DNA of 32,000 bases from Bacillus subtilis subsp. subtilis str. 168. Lineage in GTDB: Bacteria > Bacillota > Bacilli > Bacillales > Bacillaceae. The stretch lies in assembly GCF_000009045.1 (NCBI RefSeq), contig NC_000964.3, forward strand, positions 990,001 to 1,022,000. The letters run 5' to 3'. A model generated the notes under the pieces. That model worked only from the letters and a program-made list of their open reading frames with translations, searched no databases and had not been told where the DNA came from. The number at the start of each line of letters is the position of its first letter. Within the stretch, counting starts at the first letter, position 1. Position numbers and translations under genes: made by a program. Shown in pieces: positions 28,998-32,000 of this stretch.

Positions 28998-30002
28998 ATG
29001 AAAAAGCAAATCATTACAGCTACGACAGCAGTTGTTTTAGGATCGACGTTATTTGCAGGAGCGGCATCTGCACAAAGCATTAAGGTGAAAAAAGGCGACA
29101 CGTTATGGGATCTTTCAAGAAAATACGACACAACGATCAGTAAAATTAAATCAGAGAACCACCTTCGTTCAGACATTATTTATGTGGGACAAACTTTATC
29201 GATTAACGGCAAATCTACAAGTTCAAAAAGCAGCAGTTCTTCTTCCTCTTCTTCTACATACAAAGTAAAGAGCGGGGACAGCCTTTGGAAAATTTCAAAA
29301 AAATACGGCATGACAATCAATGAACTGAAGAAGCTGAATGGCTTAAAATCAGATTTGCTTCGTGTTGGACAAGTCCTGAAACTGAAAGGTTCAACTAGTT
29401 CAAGCAGCTCCAGCTCATCAAAAGTGTCATCGTCTTCAACTTCTACTTATAAAGTGAAGAGCGGAGACAGCCTTTCTAAAATTGCGAGCAAATACGGCAC
29501 TACGGTTAGCAAATTAAAAAGCTTAAACGGCTTAAAATCAGATGTAATCTATGTCAACCAAGTATTGAAGGTGAAAGGAACAAGCACAAGCAGCTCAAAA
29601 CCTGCTTCATCTTCATCGTCTTCAAGCAGCAAAACGTCATCTACATCACTTAATGTGAGCAAGCTGGTTTCTGATGCAAAAGCGTTAGTCGGAACGCCAT
29701 ATAAATGGGGCGGAACGACAACTTCAGGCTTTGACTGCAGCGGATTCATTTGGTACGTACTGAATAAACAAACAAGTGTGGGCAGAACAAGCACTGCAGG
29801 ATACTGGAGTTCTATGAAGAGCATTGCCAGCCCGTCTGTTGGTGATTTCGTCTTCTTCACAACATATAAATCCGGCCCTTCTCACATGGGGATTTACATT
29901 GGAAACAACAGTTTCATTCATGCAGGATCTGACGGCGTACAAATCAGCAGCCTGAACAACAGCTACTGGAAGCCTCGTTACCTCGGTGCGAAAAGATTCT
30001 AA
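28998..30002 (+). CDS. lytE: Cell-wall D,L-endopeptidase: signal peptide, 3 LysM modules, NlpC/P60 domain (334 aa)
   Basis: The SD is GGGGAGG. There are three LysM units with poly-Ser linkers. The C-terminal domain has [19 protein letters not shown] and PSHMGIY. Confidence 0.95.
   Translation: MKKQIITATTAVVLGSTLFAGAASAQSIKVKKGDTLWDLSRKYDTTISKIKSENHLRSDIIYVGQTLSINGKSTSSKSSSSSSSSSTYKVKSGDSLWKISKKYGMTINELKKLNGLKSDLLRVGQVLKLKGSTSSSSSSSSKVSSSSTSTYKVKSGDSLSKIASKYGTTVSKLKSLNGLKSDVIYVNQVLKVKGTSTSSSKPASSSSSSSSKTSSTSLNVSKLVSDAKALVGTPYKWGGTTTSGFDCSGFIWYVLNKQTSVGRTSTAGYWSSMKSIASPSVGDFVFFTTYKSGPSHMGIYIGNNSFIHAGSDGVQISSLNNSYWKPRYLGAKRF
29079..29579 (+). repeat. Three tandem LysM-module coding repeats with Ser-rich linkers inside lytE
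   Basis: Residues about 28-194 of LytE. The repeated [13 protein letters not shown]...LNGLKSD...VGQVLK units were read from the translation. Confidence 0.9.
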
Positions 30003-30011
30003 TTTTTAGAG

Positions 30012-30040
30012 AAAACCCGTTCATTGGAACGGGTTTTTTT
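30012..30040. terminator. Bidirectional terminator between convergent lytE and citR
   Basis: AAAACCCGTTC-attg-GAACGGGTTTTTTT has a perfect 11-bp stem. Confidence 0.9.
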
Positions 30041-30072
30041 CATTAGACGGAGCACAGGCGTTTTGGTTGCTC

Positions 30073-30948
30073 CTAAAAATGAAAATGTGATAAAAAATCC
30101 AAGAACTTTTTTTCTTTCTTATTTTCATAAAGGGCAATCGCGTAAGCGCCGGCATAGGGCAGCTGTACAGACTGATAAGGAATTCTGATCATCTGTTTCT
30201 CTGCTAACTCACGCTTTACTGTAGATAAAGGCAGAAATGAAACTCCGAGTCCTTCCTTGATAAACCGTTTCGTTATATGTGTTTGAGTGACCTTCATTGT
30301 TCTCACAAATGGAAATGTCATTCTGACTTGACGGAGCAAGTCGTCCCAGTAATCAGGATGATTGTGGGTCAAAAGCAGGTATTGTTCGAGCACCTCTTTG
30401 GCATCAATTTCGTTGTCTTCTATGAAACGCTTATCGGGCGGGGCAACAAGGACGACAGGGTCTTTGTATAAGCAGTGGCAGCTTAAAGAAGAAGACTGTA
30501 CCTTTAAACAGCTTAGTCCGATATCTGCTTCCCCGGCTTTAATCAGTGACGCGATTTCCGCTGATTCGAAAATCGTAACCGCCATTTCTGTTTCCGTATT
30601 CATTGCTGTGTACCGCTTCATGACAGAAGGAAGCACTGTATCTGCAATAAGCGGAGAAACCGCGAGCTGTAAGGTTTGAGAGTAGCCTTGTCTCACTCTG
30701 TGAAGCTCTGCCATGCTGTTTTCATAATCATCAAGAAGCCTGAGCGCATACGGCAAATACGCCCTGCCTTCATCAGTCAGCTGGATTTGCCTGCCTTTAC
30801 GCTCGAACAGCTTGCAGCTGATTTCTTTTTCTAATTGCTTGATATGTACGGTCACAGTAGGCTGAGATAAGAAAAGCGTTTCCGCCGTTTTTCGGAAGTT
30901 CTCATATTTTGCAGCGGTCACAAAGGTGTGAAGCCATTTGAAATCCAT
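30073..30948 (-). CDS. citR: LysR-family transcriptional regulator of citA (291 aa)
   Basis: The N-terminal HTH is FRKTAETLFLSQPTVTVHIKQLE. It is divergent from a citrate synthase gene. Length matches citR. Confidence 0.92.
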   Translation of the reverse strand: MDFKWLHTFVTAAKYENFRKTAETLFLSQPTVTVHIKQLEKEISCKLFERKGRQIQLTDEGRAYLPYALRLLDDYENSMAELHRVRQGYSQTLQLAVSPLIADTVLPSVMKRYTAMNTETEMAVTIFESAEIASLIKAGEADIGLSCLKVQSSSLSCHCLYKDPVVLVAPPDKRFIEDNEIDAKEVLEQYLLLTHNHPDYWDDLLRQVRMTFPFVRTMKVTQTHITKRFIKEGLGVSFLPLSTVKRELAEKQMIRIPYQSVQLPYAGAYAIALYENKKEKKFLDFLSHFHF

Positions 30949-31056
30949 TTCTATTCTCCCTCTGATTAATATTTTTAATTAATTCCCTTTAAAATATTGA
31001 TTATTTTTTAAATATTATATTTACTATAATAACAGAAAAGGATAGGGGGAATACAA

Positions 31057-32000
31057 ATGGTACATTACGGATTAAAGGGAATTACATGTGTAGAAACATC
31101 CATCAGCCATATTGATGGTGAAAAAGGGCGTCTGATTTACAGAGGACATCATGCAAAAGACATCGCACTGAATCACAGCTTTGAAGAAGCGGCTTATTTG
31201 ATTTTATTTGGAAAACTGCCTTCAACTGAAGAATTGCAGGTATTTAAAGATAAGCTGGCTGCGGAACGGAATCTTCCGGAACATATTGAGCGCTTGATTC
31301 AATCACTGCCAAACAACATGGACGATATGTCGGTGCTGAGAACGGTTGTTTCAGCATTGGGGGAAAATACGTACACATTCCATCCGAAAACAGAGGAAGC
31401 AATCCGGCTGATTGCAATCACGCCTTCTATCATTGCATACAGAAAAAGATGGACGCGCGGTGAACAAGCAATTGCACCTTCTTCCCAGTACGGACATGTC
31501 GAAAACTACTATTATATGCTCACAGGTGAACAGCCTTCAGAGGCAAAAAAGAAAGCGCTTGAAACCTATATGATTCTGGCCACGGAGCACGGCATGAACG
31601 CATCGACTTTTTCGGCACGAGTCACGTTATCTACAGAGAGTGATTTAGTGTCAGCCGTCACGGCTGCTCTCGGTACGATGAAAGGTCCGCTGCACGGAGG
31701 TGCTCCTTCTGCGGTGACAAAAATGCTTGAAGACATTGGAGAAAAGGAACATGCTGAAGCATATCTGAAAGAAAAACTCGAAAAAGGAGAGCGCTTGATG
31801 GGATTCGGCCACAGGGTGTACAAAACAAAAGACCCGCGGGCAGAAGCTTTGAGACAGAAAGCAGAAGAGGTGGCCGGCAATGACCGTGATCTTGATCTTG
31901 CGCTGCATGTAGAAGCAGAAGCGATTCGTTTGCTAGAAATCTACAAACCGGGACGAAAGCTGTACACAAATGTTGAATTTTACGCAGCTGCAGTGATGAG
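31057..32000 (+). CDS. citA: Minor citrate synthase I, 5' part (runs off the right window edge)
   Basis: Not in the ORF track because no stop is reached. I translated it by hand from ATG31057 (SD GGGGGA) as [31 protein letters not shown]... It contains MKGPLHGGA and [15 protein letters not shown], both citrate synthase signatures, with no in-frame stop to nt 31998. Confidence 0.9.

Noticed and set aside
31566-31969. Three overlapping minus-strand ORFs of 85-104 aa at the right end of the window.
   Set aside because: They are antisense to citA, whose plus-strand frame carries the citrate synthase signatures GFGHRVYK and LHGGA and stays open to the window edge.

Overview
From gene order, protein lengths and catalytic motifs I recognise this window as core Bacillus subtilis (168-type) chromosome, running from yhcP to citA. 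No search could be run, so this rests on memory and on motifs read directly from the translations. It holds 28 protein-coding genes, two of them cut by the window edges: yhcP (3' part), yhcQ, the yhcR-yhcS substrate/sortase pair, yhcT, yhcU, yhcV, yhcW-yhcX, yhxA-glpP, glpFK, glpD, pgcA, yhcY-yhcZ-yhdA, yhdB, yhdC, lytF, nsrR, ygxB, spoVR, phoA, lytE, citR and citA (5' part). I see no rRNA, tRNA, CRISPR array, transposase, integrase or prophage remnant, and no obvious compositional island. Regulatory elements readable from the sequence:
- the glpFK promoter with an overlapping cre site;
- two GlpP-type leader terminators sharing a 12-nt block;
- a sigma-D -10 element for lytF;
- a sigma-B promoter for ygxB, which shows the ORF-track start is over-extended;
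- a sigma-E promoter for spoVR;
- a PhoP-box array for phoA;
- hairpin terminators at most operon ends.
I do not find a convincing undescribed multi-gene system, and this looks like an ordinary, well-studied housekeeping, stress and sporulation region. The modest leads worth a second look:
- a soluble Cys-rich GAF histidine kinase translationally coupled to a response regulator and an FMN reductase;
- an orphan terminator with a probable permease gene remnant between yhcX and yhxA;
- a perfect 15-bp CodY-box-like palindrome in the long phoA-lytE spacer;
- the five-fold internal repeat architecture of YgxB;
- the terminator-less 69-nt convergent overlap of yhcP and yhcQ.
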